Source: a virus
Taxonomy: Duplodnaviria; Caudoviricetes
Strand: one strand, 5' to 3'
Length of the DNA: 64,000 nt
Virus record (IMG/VR): IMGVR_UViG_3300036783_000180
Coordinates: 64,001 to 128,000 of that record
Shown: in pieces, positions 20,751 through 31,954 of the stretch
How the letters are laid out: each line of letters opens with the position of its first letter
Position numbering within the stretch: the stretch's first letter is position 1
The notes under the pieces: model-generated
Seen by the model: the letters and a program-made list of their open reading frames with translations, nothing else
What the model was told of the DNA's origin: nothing
The model's database searches: none
Position numbers and translations under genes: made by a program

Positions 20751-23700
20751 ATGCCTAAACATTTGACGACGTTGGATGAAATATTATTTCAGTCCAATAT
20801 TTTAAAGCAACCTAACTATCCTGAAAATCCGCTTCCCAACCAGGTATGGATGGATACTAGTAAGGAACCAAATATACTATTTCGTTGGGATGGAACAAAA
20901 TGGATTCCAGTAGGTTTCCAAAAGGATGATGGCACAATTCAAATCATAGAAGATTTGAAAGACCAAATCGATAGACTTATAGATGATATCGATACAAAAG
21001 CCGACAAGGAATCAATCTTACAAAAGGTTAAAGAAATCGAAGATGATTTAGCCAAGAAAGTTGATGGTCAATTCGTTGATGGAAAGTTAATCATTGTTAA
21101 TAACGAGATTGATGCAAAGTTAAAAGATCTCGCAGCTAAATTAGATGAAAAAGTTAATGACAAAGTGTTTACAGATGAAATCACTGGAATCATCAATTCA
21201 CTTAAAGAGAAGGCTGATTTAGAATTCATCAATGGTCAACTCGTTTCTAAAGCTGACAAAGACAATACTTTCACCAAAGAGGAAACAGTCAATGCATTGA
21301 ATTCTAAAGTCAGTAAAACAGAATATACAACTGACCAGGAAGGTATTGTGAAGCAATTAACAGACCAAGAAAGTCGCGTTACGCAAACAGAAGCAGAGTT
21401 AAAAGCGACTGTTAAAAAGACTGACTACGAAGCCGACCAAAAAGGCGTAGTCAATCGTTTAACTCAAGCGGAAAGTGCTTTAACGCAAACCGCAGAACAA
21501 ATTTCTTCTACTGTTAAAAAGACCGACTATGAATTGGACAAGAAGAACATTAATGATTCTTTAGCCGGAAAAGCTGGAGCTGACGACTTAGGCTTACTAG
21601 CAGATCGCGTCACAAAGAACGAAAGTGCTATCACACAAACCGCAGAGGAAATTGCTTCTACTGTTAAGAAAACAACATACGAGAAAGATTTAAAAGATAA
21701 CAAAGTAAGAATGGACCAACTAGGTCAGGACTTAGATAACAAAGCTTCTAAGAACGACTTGAATAGCGCAGTCATTAGAATTACAGAAGCAGAAAGCTCA
21801 ATCAAACAGAATGCAGAAGAAATCACTTCTACTGTTAAGAAGACTGATTACGAAAAAGACCAACAAGGCGTTACAACTCGTCTGACAAATGCTGAAAGTA
21901 AGATTACACAACAAGCAGGACTTATCGAAAGTACCGTTACTAAAACTGAGTTGCAAGGCGAGAAAGAAGCTTTAGATAAAAAGATAAACGACAATAATAC
22001 GGCAACAACTCAACGTTTTGTTCAAGCTGAATCTCGTATCACACAAACAGAGAAAGATATCACTTCTTCTGTAAAAAAAGTTGATTACGATATTGACCAA
22101 CAAGGTGTAGTAAGTCGTTTAGATACTACCGAAAGTAAGATTAAACAAACAGAACTAGACATCACTTCAAAGGTATCTAATTCTAAGTACACACAAGACC
22201 AAACGACATTGAACACACGTGTAAGTAATGCTGAAAGTAAGATTACACAGCAAGCAGAATTAATTGAAAGTAAAGTTACAAAAACCGATTACGAAAAAGA
22301 TAAAGGGACAACACTTAGTCGTCTAACCGAAGCAGAAAGTAAGATTACGCAACAAGCAGGACTTATCGAAAGCACTGTAACTAAAACCGAATACGAAGTT
22401 AACAACAAAGCAATAAATGATAAAATCGAAGCTGTTAAAGTTCAAGCAGGTGACGGAGAAGCAATCAATACTCGTTTCGTCCAAGCCGAGTCTCGTATTA
22501 CTCAGACAGAAAAAGATATCACAACAATGGTCAAGAAGACAGCTTACGAAACTGATCAGCAAGGTGTAATTAATCGCATCAGCAAAGCAGAATCTCGACT
22601 AACTCAAACAGAGAGTGATATTACTGCTAGGGTTGTGAAGTCAGATTTTGATAACTCTATGAAGGGTAAATTAGATGTATCTACGTTCAATAGTAAGGTT
22701 GCAGAAATCAAAGCAACCACTGATTCCATTTCATCTACAGTAGGAAGTGTGAAAACTTCGTTTGAAGGAATGAAGGTTGGTGGACGTAATTTACTTATGG
22801 GCACAAAAGGAAAATCATTGTCAGTTACTAACGCCTCTACAACTCAAGCCAATATGTCATTTTCTTTTGTAAGTAACATGTACCCTGTTATTCAAGGCAG
22901 TCAATTAACACTTAGTTTAAAAGCATCTTCCAGTGGTTTTAAGAAAGGTACCGTTAACCCTTGGGTTGGAATAGAATTAGGCATTGTCTATTCTGATGGC
23001 ACTAAGGAATGGCTACCACTCAGAATACAAGATTTATTACCATCTACATCTGATTTCACAATGTATTCAACTGTCATACGACTTGCGAATAAACCAATTT
23101 CATCTATCAACACCAACACTTTAATTCGAGATTCACAAGGTACAGTAGAATTAAAAGAATGGCAAGTTGAAATGGGTAACGTTGCTACCGACTACAAACC
23201 AGCTAACGAAGAAATCGATGCTAATTTAAACGACAAAGCTAATAACTCTGATTTAGAAGCTGTAACAAAGCGTGTAACAAATACGGAATCCCGTATTACG
23301 CAAACAGAAGGCGCTATTTCTTTACGTGCAACTAAAGAAGAATTAACTACGCAAATCAATAACATCGCTGTAGGTAGTCGAAATTTAATTCAGCAATCCG
23401 ACTTTATCATTACTACTCTATGGAAAGCTTCAACCAACACAAAATTTGAAACAGGAATTATGCCTGATGGAATAATTAACGCTTTATGTTGGAATACAGG
23501 AGATGGATATTCAGAAATTAATTTCTATATAAAAAATATCGAACCAAACACAGAATATACATTGTCTTTTAATGCAGGAGGTTCTTTCCAGACATTCCTT
23601 TGGGAAAAAACAGCAGACAACAAACCGACCGCTGTTTATAAAGATAACACTGTAAAACAAAATGCACCTTTCGATATGTCTGCTATTAGAAAAACTTTTA

Positions 23701-26700
23701 CAAGGACAATTCGCACACAACCCGACACACAGATGATTCAATTCATTTTCCGTGTAACTGACGTTTCAGCTAACAAAACAGGAACATCAGGGCGAATTGC
23801 TTTGCCGAAATTAGAAAAAGGTAACGTTGCAACCGATTGGTCACAAGCTCCAGAAGATATCAACAATATGGTTAACGGTATTCAAGTTGGTGGCAACAAC
23901 ATTATCCCTAATTCCTTGTTTAAAACAAAAGGGAAGTGGAGAGATTGGGGTACTTCCGGAGGAACAAGAACTATTGGTGTCCCTGTAGATATAGCTGGTT
24001 TCAGTCACGGATTCCAATTCGACGCACCAGCAGCAGGCGAATATGGTTACGCGGTAGATAAAATTGAAGTAACTCAAGGGGAAACATACACCCTTTCAGC
24101 TTGGTTCAAATTAACAAAGGCCGGGACTGTAAAAGTTCAAGAAGGTGACACTACTATGAAGTGGACTTCTACAAACGCTACTCCCGATATTAATAAGTGG
24201 ATTAGAATTACACATACATTCGTGGCTAAAGCAAGTTCAACAAGTCTCTATTTTGGTCAAGATAGTGGATCTGTTGCGTGTGCCGGATTTGTTACTGGAG
24301 CTCAATTAGAACGAGGAAACAAAGCTACAGACTGGAGCGTATCTACTCAAGATTTAGATGATGCCATCAACGACAAAGTATCCAACGCAGAATACACAAA
24401 GAAGATATCTGAGTTAAAGGTTACAACAGATAAAATAGAAAGTTCTGTAAGCAGCACGAATCAACGTATCGATGGTATTTCTATCGGCGGAGCGAACTTG
24501 ATGGATAATACATCCAAATTCCTGGATACCCGATTGTGGACTTTAAACGGAGGAACATCATTAAAAGCAATTACACAGCAAGATGGAATTGTCGTTTTAG
24601 AAGCTGTAGGTTCTATCCAACACGGACAACAAGTTCCTGTAAAGCCTAATACCGAATATGTATTAACTACTGAAATTATGTTTTCAAAAGATACTTCACT
24701 ATCTGGCACTACTCCTGTACATTGGTGGTTAACTGATGGAGTACAAGCGAGCGGTCAATTAGGATTGCAAACTAGCAAAATCATATCACCTACAGGATCA
24801 ACCATTAAAGCAAATACATGGACGACTATATCGATAGTGATGAAATCAAAAAGTGACATAAAAGTTGGAGCGTTCTTTAAATTCTTTATTTACGGGGCGG
24901 CCCAATTAACATCAGATAATAAATATTGGTTAAAAACTGTAAAGTTCGAAGAAGGTAATATCCCAACATCTTATAGTCCTAGCGCATCCGATTCATCATA
25001 TGGTGAATTGTACGTAAGAGGTGTAGGTAACGACAGACCATCTGGAGGTAGTTCAGTATTATTAAACGGATCGGAAATTTCTAAGACAGGAAGAGGACAT
25101 AACTTAATTTGCATCAAACGAAATGATCTATCTATTGTCTCTAACGAAATATTTGATACACATTCTAATTTACAAACACCCGCTTTAATAACGAAACTGA
25201 ATTCTTTAAATGACGATGTAATTATTGTTTTAACAACTTGGGATTCAGCTTACGTCAATACCGCCCTAGCAACAGCGTTAAAACGTTTTGGTGGTTCTGG
25301 TAGAGAAGCTAATAAAATGCGTGTACCTCACGCATTCATAGGTATCGCAGGAATCGGAGAAGGTGCAGGCATTGAGTCTATGACTGATTCAGGAGCAACT
25401 GTACCACCCGCTGAAATCTCAACGAAGATCATCAACGGGATTCCGCAAGGAATTAACATTGGCGCAAGTGAAGCTTTATCAAGAGTAGCGAGTGCCGAAT
25501 CACGCATTACACAAACGGAAAAAGATATCACTCAACGAGTGACTATCACTGATTACAACGGAACAAAGTTAGTCTCTATGATTAACCAAACAGCCTCTAC
25601 TGTTATGATTGATGCGAAAAACATCAACTTAAATGGATTTCTTACAATCGGTCATTTTAGCGGTGATGTACAAAATAAAATTCAAACAGGCGTTGACGCA
25701 AAAGGTGTTGCCGACTCTGCAAAGAGTGTCGCTGATACAGCTACCAATACAATCAATAGTAACAAGGGAACTTGGGACAGAGCATCAAACATTAACTCAA
25801 ATGGCACGTTCAATACAGCTAAATTAAATGGTACATTATCTGATGCCCAAATCTCTTCTGCTAACAACTGGAATAGCGCTAAGTCTTTAATGGATTCTTG
25901 GAAATCAGGAACGACATTAATTGATGGTGGTAAAATCGCTACAAATACAATATTTGCTCAGCAGATTAATATTGGTGATTATACGAACTTATCTCAAGTT
26001 GATGAATTAAAGAATCCTAACGGAATACCTACCGCAGTCGTGAATGGAAAAAGATATTTTAAAATTGGTCCTGCCGCTTATGCGCCTTTAACTTTTGCAG
26101 ATACAACAATTCCTGAATTCAAATTAAATGACGAATACTACATCGCATTTAACGGGTACAGGGAAGCCGCTGTAACTAACGTGACTGCGATTATTAGAAT
26201 GTTCTACACAGACGGAACATGGGATAATGCAGCATCTATATCCATACTTCCAGGCACATCTGATTCTCGCGTCGCAAAAAACTTGAAAATCACAAGTGAG
26301 CCAAATAATGCAAAAACATTAAGCCGAGTGCAATTTTTCTTAGAAAAAGATAGTTCAACAAGCGGATATTATTACGTTAGGAATCTAGAATTCCGCAGAC
26401 GTTATGGTGGAGATTTAATCGTAGATGGTTCCATCACAGCTTCGCACGTCAATGTAGATAGCTTATTCGCTAGCACTGCTTTTATTAACAAATTAAAAAC
26501 ACAAAGTATCTCAGCTAGCCAAATTTCAGGCGGTACTATCGATGGTGTTACTTATACATCTAAGGGCACATCAGGCAACATACAGATCAGTAATGGAACT
26601 ATATCTATCGATAATGGCAAAACAGGAACAAGTAACATTAACGTTAAATTAGATAAAGGTGAATTAACATTCGGCAATGCTTATTCCAGCGCTAATATTC

Positions 26701-27524
26701 GATATGAATACGTCGGCGGTGCGAACTACCTAACAGTCTTATCTCAAGATGCCATGAGATTCTTTACGTTCGGTTATCAAGAATTCGAAGCGAATAAATT
26801 CACATTTAAAGGGCCGCTTCAATTATTCACAAACAACGATAACCCTGAAAAAGTTCTCGATTTCCAAGAATCAGAATCTATATTCATTGATAAATTTGGT
26901 AACTTTAGAGGTGGACCGACTTCTAGTCAATGGGCTACTTGGTCTATCAAGGATGCGGATCAACAGATTCGATTACTAATGGGTGTCGGAAAAGGAAATT
27001 CTTCTCACACTGATTACCGCGTTTACGGTGGCGCGCATCACTCGTTTTACCAAAACAATAGAAAGATAATAGGATTCTACGGAGGCAGTGATGGTACTTA
27101 CAACTCTGCTATCATAAACTTCCAAGATGAAGCTCTTATGAAGTTCCAACCCGACGGTGGAGCAGGTAAATTCCAATTCGTTAACTTGAATGGTTCCCAA
27201 TGGAAAGCTTTAGAAGCTGGTGGATTCAACAATAAATCTTCATTCATCTGGAAAACAGATATTAAAAATTATGAAGATGATGCATTATCTATTATCAAGA
27301 ATTCAGATTTAATGACATACAAATCGAAGCCAGAAGATACGGATGTTGATTTAGCTACATTAAAAACACACGTTGGCTTAATTGCTGAATTTGCACCGGA
27401 GATTGTTAGATCCGAAGGTGGATACGGTGTTGACCTTTATGCTATGATTTCTGTAGCATGGAGAGCTATTCAACAACTCGCATATAAAATTGATGGAAAA
27501 GTAAATGGAGATATCGTACAATAA
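20751..27524 (+). CDS. Giant tail fibre (2257 aa): coiled-coil repeats, several CBM-like domains, ILEI/PANDER-like domain, C-terminal peptidase S74 chaperone
   Basis: AESRITQT repeats; GGRNLL...E.GN.ATDW domains; GRGHNL...TWDS; SSFIWKTDI...DLYAMISVAWRAIQQL. Confidence 0.85.
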   Translation: MPKHLTTLDEILFQSNILKQPNYPENPLPNQVWMDTSKEPNILFRWDGTKWIPVGFQKDDGTIQIIEDLKDQIDRLIDDIDTKADKESILQKVKEIEDDLAKKVDGQFVDGKLIIVNNEIDAKLKDLAAKLDEKVNDKVFTDEITGIINSLKEKADLEFINGQLVSKADKDNTFTKEETVNALNSKVSKTEYTTDQEGIVKQLTDQESRVTQTEAELKATVKKTDYEADQKGVVNRLTQAESALTQTAEQISSTVKKTDYELDKKNINDSLAGKAGADDLGLLADRVTKNESAITQTAEEIASTVKKTTYEKDLKDNKVRMDQLGQDLDNKASKNDLNSAVIRITEAESSIKQNAEEITSTVKKTDYEKDQQGVTTRLTNAESKITQQAGLIESTVTKTELQGEKEALDKKINDNNTATTQRFVQAESRITQTEKDITSSVKKVDYDIDQQGVVSRLDTTESKIKQTELDITSKVSNSKYTQDQTTLNTRVSNAESKITQQAELIESKVTKTDYEKDKGTTLSRLTEAESKITQQAGLIESTVTKTEYEVNNKAINDKIEAVKVQAGDGEAINTRFVQAESRITQTEKDITTMVKKTAYETDQQGVINRISKAESRLTQTESDITARVVKSDFDNSMKGKLDVSTFNSKVAEIKATTDSISSTVGSVKTSFEGMKVGGRNLLMGTKGKSLSVTNASTTQANMSFSFVSNMYPVIQGSQLTLSLKASSSGFKKGTVNPWVGIELGIVYSDGTKEWLPLRIQDLLPSTSDFTMYSTVIRLANKPISSINTNTLIRDSQGTVELKEWQVEMGNVATDYKPANEEIDANLNDKANNSDLEAVTKRVTNTESRITQTEGAISLRATKEELTTQINNIAVGSRNLIQQSDFIITTLWKASTNTKFETGIMPDGIINALCWNTGDGYSEINFYIKNIEPNTEYTLSFNAGGSFQTFLWEKTADNKPTAVYKDNTVKQNAPFDMSAIRKTFTRTIRTQPDTQMIQFIFRVTDVSANKTGTSGRIALPKLEKGNVATDWSQAPEDINNMVNGIQVGGNNIIPNSLFKTKGKWRDWGTSGGTRTIGVPVDIAGFSHGFQFDAPAAGEYGYAVDKIEVTQGETYTLSAWFKLTKAGTVKVQEGDTTMKWTSTNATPDINKWIRITHTFVAKASSTSLYFGQDSGSVACAGFVTGAQLERGNKATDWSVSTQDLDDAINDKVSNAEYTKKISELKVTTDKIESSVSSTNQRIDGISIGGANLMDNTSKFLDTRLWTLNGGTSLKAITQQDGIVVLEAVGSIQHGQQVPVKPNTEYVLTTEIMFSKDTSLSGTTPVHWWLTDGVQASGQLGLQTSKIISPTGSTIKANTWTTISIVMKSKSDIKVGAFFKFFIYGAAQLTSDNKYWLKTVKFEEGNIPTSYSPSASDSSYGELYVRGVGNDRPSGGSSVLLNGSEISKTGRGHNLICIKRNDLSIVSNEIFDTHSNLQTPALITKLNSLNDDVIIVLTTWDSAYVNTALATALKRFGGSGREANKMRVPHAFIGIAGIGEGAGIESMTDSGATVPPAEISTKIINGIPQGINIGASEALSRVASAESRITQTEKDITQRVTITDYNGTKLVSMINQTASTVMIDAKNINLNGFLTIGHFSGDVQNKIQTGVDAKGVADSAKSVADTATNTINSNKGTWDRASNINSNGTFNTAKLNGTLSDAQISSANNWNSAKSLMDSWKSGTTLIDGGKIATNTIFAQQINIGDYTNLSQVDELKNPNGIPTAVVNGKRYFKIGPAAYAPLTFADTTIPEFKLNDEYYIAFNGYREAAVTNVTAIIRMFYTDGTWDNAASISILPGTSDSRVAKNLKITSEPNNAKTLSRVQFFLEKDSSTSGYYYVRNLEFRRRYGGDLIVDGSITASHVNVDSLFASTAFINKLKTQSISASQISGGTIDGVTYTSKGTSGNIQISNGTISIDNGKTGTSNINVKLDKGELTFGNAYSSANIRYEYVGGANYLTVLSQDAMRFFTFGYQEFEANKFTFKGPLQLFTNNDNPEKVLDFQESESIFIDKFGNFRGGPTSSQWATWSIKDADQQIRLLMGVGKGNSSHTDYRVYGGAHHSFYQNNRKIIGFYGGSDGTYNSAIINFQDEALMKFQPDGGAGKFQFVNLNGSQWKALEAGGFNNKSSFIWKTDIKNYEDDALSIIKNSDLMTYKSKPEDTDVDLATLKTHVGLIAEFAPEIVRSEGGYGVDLYAMISVAWRAIQQLAYKIDGKVNGDIVQ

Positions 27525-27559
27525 TACTTGTACGATATCTTCGAAAGGAGGTCGGAATG

Positions 27560-27792
27560 AAATGACTGTAAATCAAGGAGAACAGCAAGAACAAAATCCG
27601 ATGCAAGAACAGAATCCAATGCAAAATCCACAAAGCGATCAAATCTCATTAGAAGTTGTTATCCAAAAACTAGGTCAGAGAATTGGCGTTTTAACTCAAG
27701 CGAACGTTGTACAAGAAACGTTACTTGAACAAAAGGATAAGAAAATAGAAGAACTTACACATCTCTTATCATTGAAAGGAGGTGACAAATAA
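27560..27792 (+). CDS. Small coiled-coil fibre-associated protein
   Basis: AAAGGAGG RBS; QEQNPM repeats; exact start uncertain. Confidence 0.55.
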
Positions 27793-27917
27793 TGATTGAC
27801 TTCTATGCAGCTATGATTATCAAAGGTAACCGAACATTCGATGTTTGCCCGGCTCCTATCAAGCCACAAGTAAAAGAATGTTTAGTCTCTCTTGGCGTTG
27901 GACATCTTGCCGAGTAA
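27792..27917 (+). CDS. 41-aa CD1375/XkdX-like tail accessory protein not in the ORF track
   Basis: MIDFYAAMIIKGNRTFDVCPAPIKPQVKECL...; RBS AAAGGAGG. Confidence 0.7.
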   Translation: MIDFYAAMIIKGNRTFDVCPAPIKPQVKECLVSLGVGHLAE

Positions 27918-27922
27918 TATCC

Positions 27923-27984
27923 AAAACTTGTTATAAGTAAAGTGAAGGGAGTAAAGTATATTAATATACTTTACTCCCTTTTTA
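27923..27984 (+). promoter_or_regulatory. Conserved motif, copy 4, overlapping a perfect 36-bp palindromic terminator (27945-27980)
   Basis: AAAACTTGTTATAAGTAAAGTGAAGG followed by palindrome and T tract. Confidence 0.65.
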
Positions 27985-28000
27985 TATCCAGAAAGAAAGG

Positions 28001-28732
28001 ATGATTAACATGAAGAAGAAATTTCATTTATTTATCATGGTAACTATGTTCACACTCATCTCCAGTGGTCTTGAGTTAACTATATTGCATAATACTTTCA
28101 CCAGAGATAAAGCACAAGCAGAGGTAACAGAAAAATTATACAGAGAGAAAAATAGCGATCCTGTAGGAGCGTATGCAGAGCATTACAAGGACATTAGACA
28201 AATCGAATACGATGCATACCAAACCGTAAAAGAACTCACTACAAGAGATTCTAGTTACAATAATACATCTAATAAATTAAGGGAATTAGCTCAAAGTTCA
28301 AGTCGTCTATCAAGCATAATAAATAAAGATTGCGACAAAGCTTATGTCAATTACAGAAATACCGGGAACGACATTTGTTATCGATTATTGGAGTCAGCTA
28401 ATAAAATGAAGAGTGGCCTAGAATACATTTCAGAAATGGAATTAAAGACATACCCTAAAGACAATACAGTTATCATAACTTTATACGCAACAAATAAAGA
28501 TATAAAAACATCATCAGATATGGCAACTGAAGCTTTCGATATAATGAGAAGTTATGCTAACAATAATGATTTAGATATTGAAAAATATATCTCCAAGACA
28601 TATTGGGAATCAAAAGATTTATTACTTGATTTAAAAGAAAAAATAGATAAGCAGCAATTAGATCAGCAAAGACAGAAAGAACAAATCAGAGAGGATGTAT
28701 CAATATTATGGAACAGTTCGAGCACATATTAA
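28001..28732 (+). CDS. Membrane-anchored or secreted helical protein
   Basis: MKKKFHLFIMVTMF... signal/TM segment. Confidence 0.65.
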   Translation: MINMKKKFHLFIMVTMFTLISSGLELTILHNTFTRDKAQAEVTEKLYREKNSDPVGAYAEHYKDIRQIEYDAYQTVKELTTRDSSYNNTSNKLRELAQSSSRLSSIINKDCDKAYVNYRNTGNDICYRLLESANKMKSGLEYISEMELKTYPKDNTVIITLYATNKDIKTSSDMATEAFDIMRSYANNNDLDIEKYISKTYWESKDLLLDLKEKIDKQQLDQQRQKEQIREDVSILWNSSSTY

Positions 28733-29196
28733 ACAAGAATTTACTAATGGAATTAAGCAAATATAAACGATACAAAATAGTAAGAACTTTATTAGATAAC
28801 CACACTGATTTTTATGGCATGTTGAATCATATAGATAAATCAAAAACAAAATCAAATGAAACATTAATACAAATCAGCTATACAGTATACGGACGTTCTT
28901 GCAAAGAATGGATTGTTAATCAATTGTTTGATAATGGCAGAACAAAAGAAGTTGCCAATCAAATCATGAATGCGCCTATCTCTTACAAACTAGCTTATGA
29001 ACCTGATTGGCACGATACAAGTGAAATGTACTATGAAGGTGAAATAGGCTTCTCCATTTATTTAGCCATCGAAATAGAAGAAACTCACATCGTCGCATAT
29101 GCAAATCGAAACATGAGATTTGATTATGACGACCCTGCAAGTCCAATACAAACAATGTTAATAACAATGCTGGACAGAGCGCTAGAAATAAAATAG
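28708..29196 (+). CDS. Hypothetical protein
   Basis: ORF overlapping the previous gene. Confidence 0.6.
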   Translation: MEQFEHILNKNLLMELSKYKRYKIVRTLLDNHTDFYGMLNHIDKSKTKSNETLIQISYTVYGRSCKEWIVNQLFDNGRTKEVANQIMNAPISYKLAYEPDWHDTSEMYYEGEIGFSIYLAIEIEETHIVAYANRNMRFDYDDPASPIQTMLITMLDRALEIK

Positions 29197-29226
29197 GAGT
29201 GCCCCACTAGGGGCACTCCTATTTTT
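29190..29226. terminator. Bidirectional terminator
   Basis: AAAATAGGAGTGCCCC-ACTA-GGGGCACTCCTATTTT. Confidence 0.85.
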
Positions 29227-29551
29227 CTAACTTACAGCCACAAAATGCTGCAACCTTCTTCCATTTTTCTTCAGTTGTATGACCATCATAAACAGGTTCG
29301 ATTTCTTGCAATGTACCTAAATCAAAATCGTCCGGCACATGGAAATTACACGATCCACCGAATAAGGCAATCACTCGTTTCCAGCCATCCCAATTGTTTT
29401 CTGTATCGTAATACCAGCCGCATATTAAATCTTTATCTTTTACTTCACGCATTAAATTCGCAAGCAAAAGAGCAAGCATGTTTCTATCGAAATAACCGAC
29501 ATCAGCTTCTTTTTCTGGACTCATGCCATCTTTATACACTAGCATTTTCAT
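29219..29551 (-). CDS. WDGH-motif family phage protein
   Basis: Y.DRN.LA...W...W.RV...FH...YDGHTTEEK. Confidence 0.5.
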   Translation of the reverse strand: MKMLVYKDGMSPEKEADVGYFDRNMLALLLANLMREVKDKDLICGWYYDTENNWDGWKRVIALFGGSCNFHVPDDFDLGTLQEIEPVYDGHTTEEKWKKVAAFCGCKLEK

Positions 29552-29566
29552 ATCAGGTTTTTCCTC

Positions 29567-30865
29567 TCACACTTCTTTGCTAGCTACATCTTCCAGGAAC
29601 GTAGATACATTTACAAGTTCTGTATGTAACTCTTCTTTTTCAATAGTTCCCTCAGCAACTCTTCCACATAGAATAGCTACTTTATCAGCTGCATATTTCA
29701 CTTGCCCTAGTACACGAGCTTCTGTATCTTCAACCCACTCTTCACCTTCGATATATGACATAGAAACTTGTTGGTCAGTTCCTACAAAACATAATCCTAC
29801 TGCCGGAATATCACCCATATTATATTCTCTAACTTCGATTTTTTCGCTATTTTGTTCGCTTTTAAATATAGCACCTACATGAATTTCACCTTCTGTAATA
29901 CCTTTGAAAATTTCATAACGTTTCATTATTTTCTTCCTCCATTTCTTCTTTTGCCAAATATAATAGAACGTAACGTAGGTCGCTTAGATTCGACAGGCTC
30001 TCTTGTTTTCTCTAGAGCTACCATCGCTTCATTATATCTATCAGCCGCCAATTTAGAGATATGATAGATATTTGTTTCACCACGTTCTACTTCATCTAAT
30101 ATTCGAGTAGCTTCTTCGTAATTAAACATCGTTAAAAGTTGTTTAATCGCAGCATCAGTTGTTTCGTCAATATAATTATAAACTCTTTCTTGTCCAACTG
30201 CATCAGCTTTTATTTGGAACAGTTCTTCTGATAATTTATTTCTTTCGTTTTGTACATCTGCCAAATCAATTCTAAGCTGTCTATTATCCTTCTCAGACTC
30301 GTCTAGAAGTTCCACTGACATTTCCCTTCTAATCTCGCTTTGTCGGTGTAAATCAGCCAATTCCTTTCTCGTAAGGTTAGTGTATTCAATAATGCCATCA
30401 CCTTTTACAACATCACCTTTTACAAGTTGGTGAAATAATCTTTTAAGCTTGCCTACTTCCTTTGTATTGTCTTTAACTACCTTCATGATCATTGCTTCCT
30501 GGTTCATTGTTTTTTCCTCCTAAATATCATCTAAACAAATATAGACAAACCATCCCGATCGATAATGCCAATCCCATTAGATTACAGAAGATTAAAATGG
30601 CTACCCAACGTACAAGACGTTTAATCCTTGTATCTTGAAGTAAATTAACTTCCCTTTGCCCTTGAAAATTCTCGTGCAACATATCATACTCACGAGACAA
30701 AGCTTTTATCCCACTTCTGTTCTTTTCTAATTCAGAATGGACCGTTTGGAATTGCCCAATTGCCCAATCCTCATGTTTTTTTAAATCTCGTTTTGTCATC
30801 TTTTTCTCTAACGTTTCTACAACAGCTACATTCTGCGGTGCGCGTTTTTCTAAAACAGTAGTCAC
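29567..30865 (-). other. Three hypothetical CDS (29567-29926, 29926-30507, 30527-30865, the last with a C-terminal TM)
   Basis: Tightly packed ORFs with RBSs. Confidence 0.65.
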
Positions 30866-30938
30866 TTTAATTCACTCCTAACATGATATTTGATAGCTAA
30901 ATTATATCATCTTTAGAATGAATAACATTGTTAAAATC

Positions 30939-31212
30939 TTACTTTTTAGGGCCGTAAGGTACAACTTCAAAATCTTTTCGGAATTTTGTCTCAATTTCTT
31001 CTCTAATACTTTTAGGTGCATAATACCATTCTACTTCTTCATCCTTATATCTTTTTTTCGAGTTCCTTATCAGTCATCGCACCAACAATTTTTGTAATAG
31101 TTCCATTAGCCGCCCCTGGTCTTTCGAAAGCAGCTCTAAAATTGATTCCCTCACATGGAGAACTACATGGTTTCCCATTTTGATAGATTACATACACTTC
31201 TTCTCTTGCCAT
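30939..31212 (-). pseudogene. Hypothetical gene split by an extra A in an A7 run (31052-31058)
   Basis: Removing one A joins ...DKELEK to RYKDEEVEWYYAPK...PYGPKK*. Confidence 0.55.
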
Positions 31213-31231
31213 AACTTTCCCCTTTCTAAAC

Positions 31232-31948
31232 GCAAAAACCACACAGGATAATCCCATGTGGTTGATACGGTTCAGTAGATGTTATATTCGTTCAGAATAT
31301 TATTTGTTTTGTATTGAAATTAGTAAAAGTCACGGGCTTTCCACACCACATAACCTTGTGTCGCAATGTATGATCTCACTCTTACATTGCTTTGAAAACA
31401 TGAAATCGAAAAAAACATACGTGAGACATATAGACTTGGAATAGTTTTATGATTTTTATTGTCACAAAAGTTCCGTATACGTCTGTATTACTACGTAAAC
31501 AAAGGCAATCGATATCTGGGGATATACATTTTTATTTGTTTACGCAATGCTTAGTTATCAGTTATCTGGATTCATGACAATCCTCACGCAATTACAAAAG
31601 CAAAAGTCCAGTTGAACAAGTCATGTGTCCATGACTCATATCGTAGAATGGTAGACGACTCATCATTCATTTCACACACTAGTAATATGCAATAAACAAT
31701 GTCTTTTGTAATTACCCTTAAAAGGTCATGATGTGAGTTATCAAATGTATTGATAACTCACATCATGACGGAAACTGTTGGGAGTCAGTTTCCGACTGAT
31801 GATGATAGGCTGTTTCAATTTTACAAAGATAACCTTTTCCGCAAATTACCTTTGAAGCATAAAGATAAATAAAACACATTTTATTTTTTTTACAAACTAA
31901 CTAGTCAAATCGGCTTGTATTTCAAGTCGGCAAGAAGCTAACCTGTTG
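31232..31948 (-). ncRNA. Candidate large structured ncRNA (~715 nt)
   Basis: Promoter TTGCCT-17-TATACT (31983-31955), terminator 31234-31263, no credible ORF, many stems including a perfect 20-bp helix. Confidence 0.55.
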
Positions 31949-31954
31949 AAACAA

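Noticed and set aside
21300-22650. DNA repeats in the giant fibre as a diversity-generating or shufflon system
   Set aside because: They are in-frame coiled-coil repeats; no reverse transcriptase, invertase or template/variable repeat pair is visible.
31256-31444. 62-aa plus-strand ORF
   Set aside because: No RBS, starts inside a terminator hairpin, and is antisense to the local transcription unit.
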